From positions 31,259-95,258 of the forward strand of contig JBIPOV010000007.1 in the NCBI GenBank assembly GCA_044378815.1: a stretch of 64,000 nucleotides of DNA, read 5' to 3'. The translations under genes and the position numbers were made by a program. The notes under the pieces are model-generated. The model ran no database searches and had not been told where the DNA came from. It saw only the letters and a list, made by a program, of their open reading frames with translations. This stretch comes from Candidatus Obscuribacteraceae bacterium (GTDB lineage Bacteria; Cyanobacteriota; Vampirovibrionia; Obscuribacterales; Obscuribacteraceae). Position 1 is the stretch's first letter; each line of letters starts with the position of its first letter. Positions 28,104-36,741 of the stretch are shown here, in pieces.

Positions 28104-28346
28104 ATGAGTCGTTCGTTGAAGCGGACCCCCATCACCGGCATGACTGATGCTGATTCGGAAAAGAATGACAGACGTTTGGCCAACCGCAAGCTGCGGCGCA
28201 GCACTCGTCAAATTCTTTCCCTGTTCGGCGTCGATTGTGACACCACTTCCCTGCCCACCATTCGTCAAGTCAGCGATGTAGCGCTGTTTGGCAAAGGTGG
28301 CAAGCAGTGGCTCGAGGACCCCGACATAAAGGATCTTATGAAGTAG
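28104..28346 (+). CDS. Small basic hypothetical protein (80 aa).
   Basis: A strong RBS (aaaggagatccag) precedes the ATG at 28104. The translation is MSRSLKRTPITGMTDADSEKNDRRLANRKLRRSTRQ.... Confidence 0.55.
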   Translation: MSRSLKRTPITGMTDADSEKNDRRLANRKLRRSTRQILSLFGVDCDTTSLPTIRQVSDVALFGKGGKQWLEDPDIKDLMK

Positions 28347-28613
28347 CGATTGTGAATAATCGGTGGTTAGTGTCCAAGTGAAATAGTCTTGCCTGACTAA
28401 CTTTCGATTCTTCATCAACCTTAATCAGGGGGGAGGGTAACAGGGCTCAGGCTCTGAATCTTCCCCCCGTTTCTCTCTTGGTGTTAATCGCTCTAAATTT
28501 TTTAGATTTTTATACTATGCTTTATAGTTAAAAGTTTAGTAACTAAGCCGTAACAACTTTTTCCTATATTGAGTCCACAGAGACCCCCCCTCTCAACTCA
28601 GGTAGGAAGCGAA

Positions 28614-29798
28614 ATGTTAGATTCAAACCATTTACCAACTGATCGCACTGCTCCAGCTGCCCTTGGCGGTAACAGTGCTGGTGTGCAGCGTGAATTGCTA
28701 GAGCAGTATAGAATTCCAGCTCGTAGCAATGGCGCTTGCTCTCTCAATGATGCTTGCTCGCCCTTTAAGCCCGACTATGAGCGTAGAACTGAGTCTGGTC
28801 GTGCCTGGGACAAAGAAGCAAAGAAACAGCAAGGTAGCAACCTTGAAGTCGGCCCTGATGGTAAATATGAAGTTAAGCCTGGTGACAGCCTTTGGGGCAT
28901 AGCCGAACGGGCCATAAAAAAAGAAGGTGGTAAGTCGTCCGCTGCCGAAGTGCAGAAACGTGTTAAAGAATTGGTCGAGGCCAACAAAGAAAATTTGCCT
29001 GGTCTTGATTGCAATCCACACTTATTAAAGCGCGGAACCAAGTTGAATATTCCTGGGCGTACGAACCAGGATCAGTCGTCAGAAAAACCAGCAGAAAATC
29101 CAACACCAGGTAACGCCGCTAAGCCGTCAGAAAAACCAGCAGAAATTCTGACACCAGGAAACGCCGCTAAGCCGTCAGAAAAACCAGCAGAAATTCTGAC
29201 ACCGGGTAACGCTGCCAAGCCGTCAGAAAAACCAGCAGAAATTCTGACACCAGGTAACGCTGCAAAGCCTTCTGACGGCATCCAAGACAGACCCACCGAC
29301 AAACCCGGTGAAACCGTCCGTCCTGATGTCTGTAAGCCCGGCGATATCTATAAAGATCTGGCTAAGTTTCCCGAGCTCAGCCAAAAGGAATATGTCACTG
29401 CTTGCCGCATCAGTAAGGCTGTCATAGACGGAGATGCCGAAGCTTTGAAGAAAGCCATGATTGATTTTCCCGCTAACAAAGAATCTGGCGAGCGAGTTGC
29501 CCGCGCTCTTAATGAGACCTTCAGAGACCAGGGAATAGTGGTGGACTATAACCAGTTCAACTTCTTCCGTGCCTCCACTCCCGATAAGCAGGAGACAGCT
29601 AGTTCTTTCCGTATCTACCATCGTGGAGCCGAGCGCTATTTAGAAGTTGGCAAAGACAATGTCGGCATGGGTGGGCCGGTGCGTCAGGGGCCTGGCGACT
29701 CCATTGATTGGGGAACGGTAGCCTATCACGGCGAAAGTCAACGCAAAGCAGTTATCGATGATCTCTCGGCAGCGATGAGACGCCGTTATTGTCCGTAA
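28614..29798 (+). CDS. LysM-domain protein with a 4x16-aa Pro/Ala/Lys tandem repeat.
   Basis: The ATG at 28614 follows aggaagcgaa. The LysM-like segment is YEVKPGDSLWGIAERAIKKEG...LKRGTKLNIPG. It is followed by (PSEKPAE(N/I)(P/L)TPGNAAK)x4. Confidence 0.75.
   Translation: MLDSNHLPTDRTAPAALGGNSAGVQRELLEQYRIPARSNGACSLNDACSPFKPDYERRTESGRAWDKEAKKQQGSNLEVGPDGKYEVKPGDSLWGIAERAIKKEGGKSSAAEVQKRVKELVEANKENLPGLDCNPHLLKRGTKLNIPGRTNQDQSSEKPAENPTPGNAAKPSEKPAEILTPGNAAKPSEKPAEILTPGNAAKPSEKPAEILTPGNAAKPSDGIQDRPTDKPGETVRPDVCKPGDIYKDLAKFPELSQKEYVTACRISKAVIDGDAEALKKAMIDFPANKESGERVARALNETFRDQGIVVDYNQFNFFRASTPDKQETASSFRIYHRGAERYLEVGKDNVGMGGPVRQGPGDSIDWGTVAYHGESQRKAVIDDLSAAMRRRYCP
29079..29270 (+). repeat. Tandem repeat, 4 x 48 bp, in-frame within the LysM gene.
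   Basis: The units begin at 29079, 29127, 29175 and 29223 (tcagaaaaaccagcagaaattctgacaccaggtaacgccgctaagccg) and differ by only a few substitutions. Confidence 0.9.
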
Positions 29799-29895
29799 AA
29801 TTTTCGTCCTTCAGTGACCGTGATAAGTAGCACATGTTCATTTAAGCCAAAGCTATTTTCGCGTTTTCTGACAATTCTGTTTTTCTCGAGGGGGA

Positions 29896-29991
29896 GGAAG
29901 AGGTGTGGTTGCTAGTTGCTAGCCACACCTCTTCCGTATGTGTGTCTGTATGTGTGGTTGCTAGTTGCTAGCCACACCTCTTCCGTATGTG
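29896..29991 (+). repeat. A 13-bp-stem hairpin plus a 40-bp direct repeat downstream of the LysM gene (terminator-like).
   Basis: The hairpin is ggaagaggtgtgg / ttgctagttgctag / ccacacctcttcc (29896-29935). The 40-mer gtgtggttgctagttgctagccacacctcttccgtatgtg occurs at 29903-29942 and again at 29952-29991. Confidence 0.7.
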
Positions 29992-30553
29992 GGGATCCAA
30001 TCGGCTTACTTTCGCTATGCGGTGATTTTGCCTCAGTGCGGCTATTGGCTACCTAGTGCTAGCTTCGCCAGGCAGTGGCTAAATTAGAGATTTGCATGGA
30101 TAACTATCGTGTCTTTCAATTCTTAAGACGACCGCTGAGCCTTATGGGATGAGCAATTGCTAGTCTGGGTTGGCCTTTGACAACCCGAATGGTTAGCGCC
30201 AACTGCGTCGATTTAATAATCTGGCTTGGCAAGCTTAAGGAATCCTATTTTACATCAATCTGTAATATCCGCCTTGGCTGGCTATTAATTCGTAGGTTTT
30301 GAGTTCCACAACTCTTCCCGTTCGCAACCAAGCAAACCACTCGAAAAACCACCCCTGTTCATCACCTTCGATTTTTCAACGTCCCCACAAAGGATGCGTG
30401 TCTGAATCTGTTGTGTGATGTTCTGTTTTTCAGTCATGAGTGTTGAGCTGGTCAATTTCGGAAGAGACGGTATCTCAATGTGCAATCGCGTCAGTGCTGC
30501 GAACCACAGGCTCCATTGCACGATCATTCACGAAAACACCAAAGGACAATTCT

Positions 30554-32716
30554 ATGGACATCATGCTGTCACTGCTTCCCTGGGTTCCGGCCGTCATCGG
30601 CCTTCTCGCCCTCGGCTTTCTGGCCACACGTTTCATCGTCAACGTAGGCCCTACCGAAATCGCCATCACCGAACGCCGCTACCTCGGCAAGAAGCTGCCT
30701 TCCAACCGCGCTTTCGCCACTTCCGGCGAAGTCGGTATCCAGGCGGCTTATCTCTCTCCCGGCCTGCACTTCATTTTCTGGCCCATCACTCGCGTCATCA
30801 AGAAGGCTCCCTTCGTGGTGATTGGTTCCGACCAGCTTGGCGTCATCACTGCTACCGACGGCGAATCCATGCCTTCCGGTCGCGTGTACGCTGAAGATGC
30901 TGCTGGCGAAGCTCACGGTTCCTTTCAGGATCCGACGGGCTTCCTCACCAACGGCGGTATCCGCGGTAAGCAGCTGCGCTTCCTCACCAACGGTACTTTC
31001 AAGATTCACCCCTACCTGTTCAAGGTTGAACTGATCAACAAGACCATTGTGCCCGAGGGCAGCATCGGTGTTGTTACCGCAGCTGACGGTGCTTCGCTGG
31101 TCGAAGGTCAGCTGCTTGGTCAGCGCGCCGCCGGTCACGACAACTTCCAGAAGGGTGAGACCTTCCTCAAGAACGGCGGCCAGAAGGGTCCGCAAATTGA
31201 CTTCCTGCGTCCGGGTACCTACAACATCTTCTCCGACATGTTCAAGGTCGATGTGAAGCCGGCCATCCAGGTCAAGGAAAACCAGATCGGTATCGTCGAA
31301 GCCAAGTCGGGTGAGCCGATGGGCAAGGACGACGTCGTTGCCGCTACCCCCGAGATGAGCCTGCACATGTCCTACCAGGACGGCCAGGCCTTCCTCACCG
31401 CCGGCGGCAAGCGTGGTCCGCAGGAAGCGGTTCTGCGCCCCGGTACGTACTACGTCAACCCCTACCTGTTCTCGGTGACCATGCAGCCGCAGACTGTGAT
31501 CAAGCAGGGTGAAGTGGGCGTGATGATCTCCAACATCGGCAAGGACCCGGCTGAACTGTTCGGTGACGACGCCAACTTCAGCACTTCCACCGTGCCTGCC
31601 GCCCCGGCCGACACTTCGGTTGCTGACAGTTCGCCGCTCACCGTCGGCGCCACCGACCCCGAAGAGACCCGCCACAACACCGGCGTGCGTGCTCGCCACG
31701 TGGTGCCTGCTGGTTACCGCGGTATCCAGAAGGATGTCCTCAACCCCGGCAAGTACAACATCAACCCGCTGGCTTACACGGTCATCGTCGTTCCCACCAC
31801 CACCCGTTCCATCGAGTGGTCCGAGAACGCCGGCGCCAAAGACTTCGACCCGTTTGCTGTCGTTTCTCGTGACGGCTTCATGATGCAAGTCGAAGTGCGC
31901 TGCCAGTATCGCATTCTGCCCGAGAACGCACCGTATGTGGTGCAGAAGCTCGGCTCGGTGGAAGAGCTGGAGAAGAACGTCCTGCACCCGCAGATCGACG
32001 GTATCTTCCGCGCCCAGGTTAGCAAGTCGCCGGCCATCAACTATCAGCAGGAGCGTGCCACCGAGCAGCTCGACGCTGAGAACGCCGTGAAGAGCGACCT
32101 GGTCAAGTACAAGGTCGAAGTGGTGTCGGTGATGATCTGCAACATCAAGCTCCCGCAGGAGCTGATGCACACCACCCAGGAACGCAACCTGGCCCAGCAG
32201 CGCGAGACGATGTTCGACGCCCAGGAAAAGGCCGAGAAGCGTCGTATCGAGTTCCAGGCCACGAAGTCGCAGGCTGACCAGCAGGACACCATCGTCAAGG
32301 CGAAAGCCGGCATCGAGGTGGCCAAGCACGAAGCGGCACAGATGGAAGAGCGCGCCAAGGGTAAGGCTGCGCAGATTCGCATCGAAGCGGAAGCCGATGC
32401 CGACCGCGTCAAGCGCGTCGGTGACGCTGAAGCCGGTGTCATCCAGGCCAAGGGTGAAGCGACTGCCGAGGCTTACGGCAAGCAGGTTGCTGCGCTCACG
32501 GCTCAGGGCGTTACCTCCATCGAGGTGACCAAGCTGCTCACCGCTTCCGGTCAGGCTCTGGTGCCGCAGGTTGTTGCCGGTGGCGACAACGGCGGTGGCA
32601 ACGGTCTGGTCAATCTTCTGCTCGCCGACACGCTCATTCGCAACCGCGAAGAGAACGCTGCCGCGCGTGACCTGAGGAAGCCGGCCGCTGACGCTGGCAC
32701 GACCGACCAGAAGTAA
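30554..32716 (+). CDS. Flotillin/SPFH (band 7) family membrane protein with a four-fold repeated N-terminal module.
   Basis: The ATG at 30554 follows aaaggacaattct. There is an N-terminal TM segment (LLPWVPAVIGLLALGFLATRF). The four repeats fit GG-(K/R)-G-x-Q-x3-L-x-PG-x-Y-x-(I/V)-x-P-x2-F-x-V. The C-terminus is the flotillin-type EA-rich helix (RIEAEADADRVKRVGDAEAGVIQAKGEATAEAYGKQV). Confidence 0.85.
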   Translation: MDIMLSLLPWVPAVIGLLALGFLATRFIVNVGPTEIAITERRYLGKKLPSNRAFATSGEVGIQAAYLSPGLHFIFWPITRVIKKAPFVVIGSDQLGVITATDGESMPSGRVYAEDAAGEAHGSFQDPTGFLTNGGIRGKQLRFLTNGTFKIHPYLFKVELINKTIVPEGSIGVVTAADGASLVEGQLLGQRAAGHDNFQKGETFLKNGGQKGPQIDFLRPGTYNIFSDMFKVDVKPAIQVKENQIGIVEAKSGEPMGKDDVVAATPEMSLHMSYQDGQAFLTAGGKRGPQEAVLRPGTYYVNPYLFSVTMQPQTVIKQGEVGVMISNIGKDPAELFGDDANFSTSTVPAAPADTSVADSSPLTVGATDPEETRHNTGVRARHVVPAGYRGIQKDVLNPGKYNINPLAYTVIVVPTTTRSIEWSENAGAKDFDPFAVVSRDGFMMQVEVRCQYRILPENAPYVVQKLGSVEELEKNVLHPQIDGIFRAQVSKSPAINYQQERATEQLDAENAVKSDLVKYKVEVVSVMICNIKLPQELMHTTQERNLAQQRETMFDAQEKAEKRRIEFQATKSQADQQDTIVKAKAGIEVAKHEAAQMEERAKGKAAQIRIEAEADADRVKRVGDAEAGVIQAKGEATAEAYGKQVAALTAQGVTSIEVTKLLTASGQALVPQVVAGGDNGGGNGLVNLLLADTLIRNREENAAARDLRKPAADAGTTDQK

Positions 32717-32852
32717 GCTTCGCTTCTTCTTTCGGACTGGGGGTGGCGTCGACTGACTTGAAAAAGTTAGTTGGCGCCACCGCCTTTTTTAACTCACCTG
32801 TAAAGGCTATCCAATCTTGGAGGCTTTCCAACGTTTATAGGAGAAATATTCT

Positions 32853-33962
32853 ATGAATGGACCTGCTCTATTACTTGTCGGTGCGGCTGTTTTGATTGGC
32901 CTGGCGGTGATCCTCTACCGATCGCTGAAGGGCCCGAAGTTGCCTGCACCCAATCCTTTTGATGCTGTCAGCCCTTCGCGGCCGCCGGCTTTTCCTGATA
33001 GCGCCGCTGAGCCTGTGGCCGCAGTCGCTTCACCCGCCGCTGATTCCGAGCACTCGGAGCAGCAAGAAGATGTCGAGCCGGAGGAAGACATGACCATCGC
33101 AGCCTATGTCGCTCAAGCGGAAGAGCAAGAAAAAGACGCTGATTTCGATCAAGCCATCGACAGCATCAGCGAAGCCATTTCCCTCGCCCAGGTTGAGTTC
33201 GGTGGCGATTCGGTGGAAGTGGCTCAACTCCTGATTCGTCAGGGTCAGCTCTTTCAACTGCGCGATTACCAGGAAGCCGCCGATGAAATCGACTGCTCCA
33301 AGTATCTGCAGGGTCTCGCCATCCTCCAGCAGCGCTACGGTGGCGAAAGCGAAGAGCTTTTGCCGGTGCTCAAGCTCTTGATCTCCTGGTACTACCAGAC
33401 CGGTGATCAACAAAAGGCCGAGACGCTCATTCGTCGCAGTCAGAACATCATCGATGCTGTTGCTGACGCCAAGCGACTGCTGGCCGACCGTGCTGATGGC
33501 AGCACCTATGCGCCTACCCTGAAGGTTTCTCCCTTCAAGGTGCCGTTCACTAGCACTGACAGCACCGCTGTCGAGTCGTGTAAAGAAGGCGACGCAGCCT
33601 TCGCTGCCGGTGAATACGACGACGCGGTTTCGGCTTTCGAGTCGGCCATCGAATCGGTGCAGACAGAGGTCGGTCGCGGTGCTCCCGAGCTGGCTCAGCT
33701 TTTCCATCGCCTCGGCCGTGTGCTGCAGGTGAAGGACGCTGATGAGCGCGACGAGGAAGGTGCTTTGTACACCGACCCGGCCGACAACTTCCAGATTGCT
33801 CTCAGCTTGCTGGTCAAGACCCATGGCTTTGATGCTGTGGTGCTGGTACCGCTGCTGCTCGACCTGGCTGCCTTTGAAGACCAGCGCGGCGAGCACTACA
33901 AGGCCGATGGTTATCTGCGTCGGCTGGCCGAAATCGAGCGCAACGCTCGCAACAAGCAGTAA
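32853..33962 (+). CDS. Membrane-anchored TPR-like helical-repeat protein, probably co-transcribed with the flotillin gene.
   Basis: An RBS (aggag) is present. The N-terminal TM segment is ALLLVGAAVLIGLAVILY. Repeated D(F/Y)DxAIxxxxxAI...G...A motifs follow (DFDQAIDSISEAISL; EYDDAVSAFESAIES). It has the same GC-rich composition as 30554-32716. Confidence 0.65.
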   Translation: MNGPALLLVGAAVLIGLAVILYRSLKGPKLPAPNPFDAVSPSRPPAFPDSAAEPVAAVASPAADSEHSEQQEDVEPEEDMTIAAYVAQAEEQEKDADFDQAIDSISEAISLAQVEFGGDSVEVAQLLIRQGQLFQLRDYQEAADEIDCSKYLQGLAILQQRYGGESEELLPVLKLLISWYYQTGDQQKAETLIRRSQNIIDAVADAKRLLADRADGSTYAPTLKVSPFKVPFTSTDSTAVESCKEGDAAFAAGEYDDAVSAFESAIESVQTEVGRGAPELAQLFHRLGRVLQVKDADERDEEGALYTDPADNFQIALSLLVKTHGFDAVVLVPLLLDLAAFEDQRGEHYKADGYLRRLAEIERNARNKQ

Positions 33963-34008
33963 AAAGAATAAAGCTCAGCTGTTGGCTGGGTAAGGAAATT
34001 CTTTTGTA

Positions 34009-34066
34009 GGGTCGTCGGGGTCAGGAACACGCTTGTGCTCTTGCTCTCCGACGACCCTTTTTTTTG
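34009..34066 (+). terminator. Rho-independent terminator.
   Basis: An 11-bp stem (agggtcgtcgg...ccgacgaccct) is followed by a T8 run. It lies 47 nt after the stop at 33962. Confidence 0.8.
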
Positions 34067-34285
34067 TGGCTTAAAATCAGCAACTCTATCGAAGTAGAAA
34101 ATAGAAGCAAAAGACTACAATTGGTCAATCTTTTCCCAGCATCTACTTTTTGTTTTTATTATACTGTTTGGCGTAGTACTACGATGCTAAGTATAGCTGG
34201 CAAGCATACAGCTTGTTAGGCCACATGAAGTTCGCAGCAAGAAGTTCGCTGAACAAATTGAGCAGAACGAACCTATTAGAACGAC

Positions 34286-34799
34286 TTAGTAGGTCGCACT
34301 TTTCCTTAGCTCCTTGAACGGGTCTAATTCACTGTCAGTCGCTTGTGGTGGCTTGACCGGCGGAGCTACACGGGCTGCCAAATTTATGCCATGCCATTGC
34401 CAGAACTCAATTTGCCCACCTTTACTGATCATTTCTGCTGATGCCATATTAGGAAAAGGCGCAGCCTTGCTTATCAGTGCCAAGACTTTTTTCTCGAGGT
34501 CAGTGGGGGGGCTTTTCAGAGATAACCTTGAGGTTTTCAATTCGGCCGGTCTTGTTGACGTTAAAGTTGCAGAGGACGTTCTCGTTCTCAGTCAGGTTCT
34601 GCTCTAGACTTTTCACTATCGACTGGTAGTCTTTCTCACTTTTGATTTTATCGATTATTGATTCTTGGCCGTAATCGCGTTGGTGTCTCAGATCTTCAAA
34701 AACTAGATCTCGGTCGTGAGTTCCTGCCCAGGCGGCATTAACGGTTAGGGGCATGGCTATAAGGCTTGCTACTAAGAAATGCCAGCGCAAATATTGCAT
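34286..34799 (-). pseudogene. TonB_C-like secreted protein interrupted by a frameshift at a C7 (plus-strand G7) homopolymer.
   Basis: Two overlapping track ORFs (34500..34799 and 34286..34540). Removing one C from the run at 34505-34511 fuses ...CNFNVNKTGRIENLKVISEKPP to TDLEKKVLALISKAAPFPNM...GGQIEFWQW, which restores a continuous TonB C-terminal-like pattern behind the signal peptide LVASLIAMPLTVNAAWA. Confidence 0.55.
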
Positions 34800-35052
34800 A
34801 TTTGATTGACCTCGATTGCTAGGTTGTTGGCACAGGCATTAGTTCATTCGCTTGCCTATTTATTCCCATATTGAGGCAATCCTACATCTTGCGTTACATC
34901 AAGATTATGGGTGTGAGCTGTAAAGCCATTAAACATAGGCTTCTCGGATATACACGTTTTCGTTAAAACGCATTCGAGAATCGACAGTCTATCTGGGGCA
35001 CCTGAAGATGAAAAAGTAAGTGTTTATGGCGCCTTGGCGGCGGGAGAGAGAA

Positions 35053-35268
35053 ATGACTAATGTACTTCAACTACGAAATATCCCCTTCTTTGTTTTTATG
35101 TTTGCTTTGCTCTGCTTTCTGCCTGAGCCAGCTTGCGCCTATCTAGATCCGTCCACTGGAAGCTATGCGATTCAATGCGGCTTAGGTACTCTATTCGCTT
35201 TAGTATTCAATTCACGTAGGCTATGGGGTTGTGCTCAAGCTTACTTTCGCACAATGGTGAGAAAGTGA
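35053..35268 (+). CDS. Small membrane protein (71 aa) with an AYLDPSTGS motif.
   Basis: The ATG at 35053 follows gggagagagaa. It has a hydrophobic N-terminus (FFVFMFALLCFLPEPACAYLDPSTGSYAI) and overlaps the start of the next ORF. Confidence 0.4.
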   Translation: MTNVLQLRNIPFFVFMFALLCFLPEPACAYLDPSTGSYAIQCGLGTLFALVFNSRRLWGCAQAYFRTMVRK

Positions 35269-36686
35269 GTTTGAGTATTAGCACTAGAGAAGTCAGCACT
35301 TCGTCTTTTCGCGATCCGGCTGGTTGTATTTTTCGAGAAAATGATCAGATCTATCGACAGGTTAACCTTGTGTATAAACCGCATTATGATTGGCTTTTTC
35401 AGTCTGGTTTGTATCAGGCCTTGATCGCGAAAAATCTACTAATTGTTCATGAAGAAATTGAGTTGGTAAAAGAGGATGCCCAGCAGACAAAATCCGCTGT
35501 CGATAATCGCTCTAGTATTTACAAGATTTGCAAACCCCAAAAAGTGCCGTTCATTTCCTACCCCTATGAGTGGTGCTTTAGTCAGCTCAAAGACGCTGCT
35601 TTAGCCACTCTTGAGATACAGTCTATGGCTCTAAAGTATGGCATGACTCTCAAAGATAGCAATGCTTTCAATATTCAGTTTGTCAATGGTAAGCCTCTAT
35701 TAATAGATACACTCTCGTTCGAGCTCTATGAACCGGGCAAGCCTTGGGTCGCTTATCGGCAGTTTTGTCAGCATTTCTTAGCACCATTAGTATTGATGTC
35801 AACGGTAGATGTTCGCTTGGGCAGTCTTTCGCGTAATTATATTGACGGTATTCCCCTTGACCTAGCATGCAAGCTTTTACCAACTCTGACACTAATTCGT
35901 CCAAGCGTGGCAATACATCTAGCAATTCATGCTAACGCTCATAAAAACACAGTTACCAAGCTAGAATCTAGCGGTGAGCAATCGGGTTTCTCAAAAGATG
36001 CCATGTTGGGTCTGGTGGATAGCCTAAAGGGGGCTGTGGAAGCACTCAAGATTGCGAAAATCAAGTCTGATTGGACTGGCTATTATGAAGACAATAACTA
36101 TACGGTGGCGGCACAGGAAGAGAAGCAGAGGATTGTTTCTCGTTTGATCGACCATACCAAACCACGCATGCTTTGGGATTTTGGAGCTAATACTGGAGCC
36201 TTTAGTGAGATAGCAGCAGCTAAGGGAATTTGCACTGTATCTATGGATTTTGATCACAACTGTGTGGAGACGAATTATCTAAAGAGTCGTGAATCTGGGC
36301 AGAATCTTTTGCCTTTAGTGGTAGACATGTCGCAACCAACACCGGCCATTGGTTGGGCCAATGCTGAAAGACAGAGGCTTGATCAGAGGGGCAAGGCCGA
36401 TACAATTTTAGCTTTGGCGCTGGTTCATCACTTGGCCATTGCTAACAATGTTCCCCTTGATCAAATTGCTGCCTATTTTTCTAAGCTAGGCCATTGGCTA
36501 ATTATTGAGTTTATTACCAAAGACGATTCGCAAGTGAGACGCTTGCTGTCGAGTCGCAAAGACGTATTCGCCGATTATTCACAGGCATCTTTTGAATCGA
36601 GCTTTTCGCAATATTTTTCTATGGTTGAGCGCTTGCCAATTGGCGGCAGTCATAGAACTATTTATTTGCTGGAAAGTAAGGCATAG
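35223..36686 (+). CDS. Class I SAM-dependent methyltransferase.
   Basis: It has an N-terminal SFRDPAGCIFRENDQIYRQV and motif I MLWDFGANTGAFSEIAAAKG...VSMDFD. The start is uncertain; a GTG near 35265 is also possible. Confidence 0.75.
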   Translation: MGLCSSLLSHNGEKVSLSISTREVSTSSFRDPAGCIFRENDQIYRQVNLVYKPHYDWLFQSGLYQALIAKNLLIVHEEIELVKEDAQQTKSAVDNRSSIYKICKPQKVPFISYPYEWCFSQLKDAALATLEIQSMALKYGMTLKDSNAFNIQFVNGKPLLIDTLSFELYEPGKPWVAYRQFCQHFLAPLVLMSTVDVRLGSLSRNYIDGIPLDLACKLLPTLTLIRPSVAIHLAIHANAHKNTVTKLESSGEQSGFSKDAMLGLVDSLKGAVEALKIAKIKSDWTGYYEDNNYTVAAQEEKQRIVSRLIDHTKPRMLWDFGANTGAFSEIAAAKGICTVSMDFDHNCVETNYLKSRESGQNLLPLVVDMSQPTPAIGWANAERQRLDQRGKADTILALALVHHLAIANNVPLDQIAAYFSKLGHWLIIEFITKDDSQVRRLLSSRKDVFADYSQASFESSFSQYFSMVERLPIGGSHRTIYLLESKA

Positions 36687-36741
36687 CCAAAGCCGAGACG
36701 AGATTAGGTGATTTTCTAGACACTGAGGGGTTTAAGCAAGT

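Noticed and set aside
30569-32329. A 586-aa ORF antisense to the flotillin gene. Similar long ORFs occur at 25352..26320 (+), 26327..26890 (+), 33030..33896 (-), 46698..47861 (+) and 46783..47889 (-).
   Set aside because: All lie inside GC-rich genes whose sense-strand products have clear family motifs (SPFH, M17, TPR-like, serpin). Their translations are Arg/Gly/Val/Leu-rich low-complexity sequences typical of shadow ORFs created by GC3 bias.
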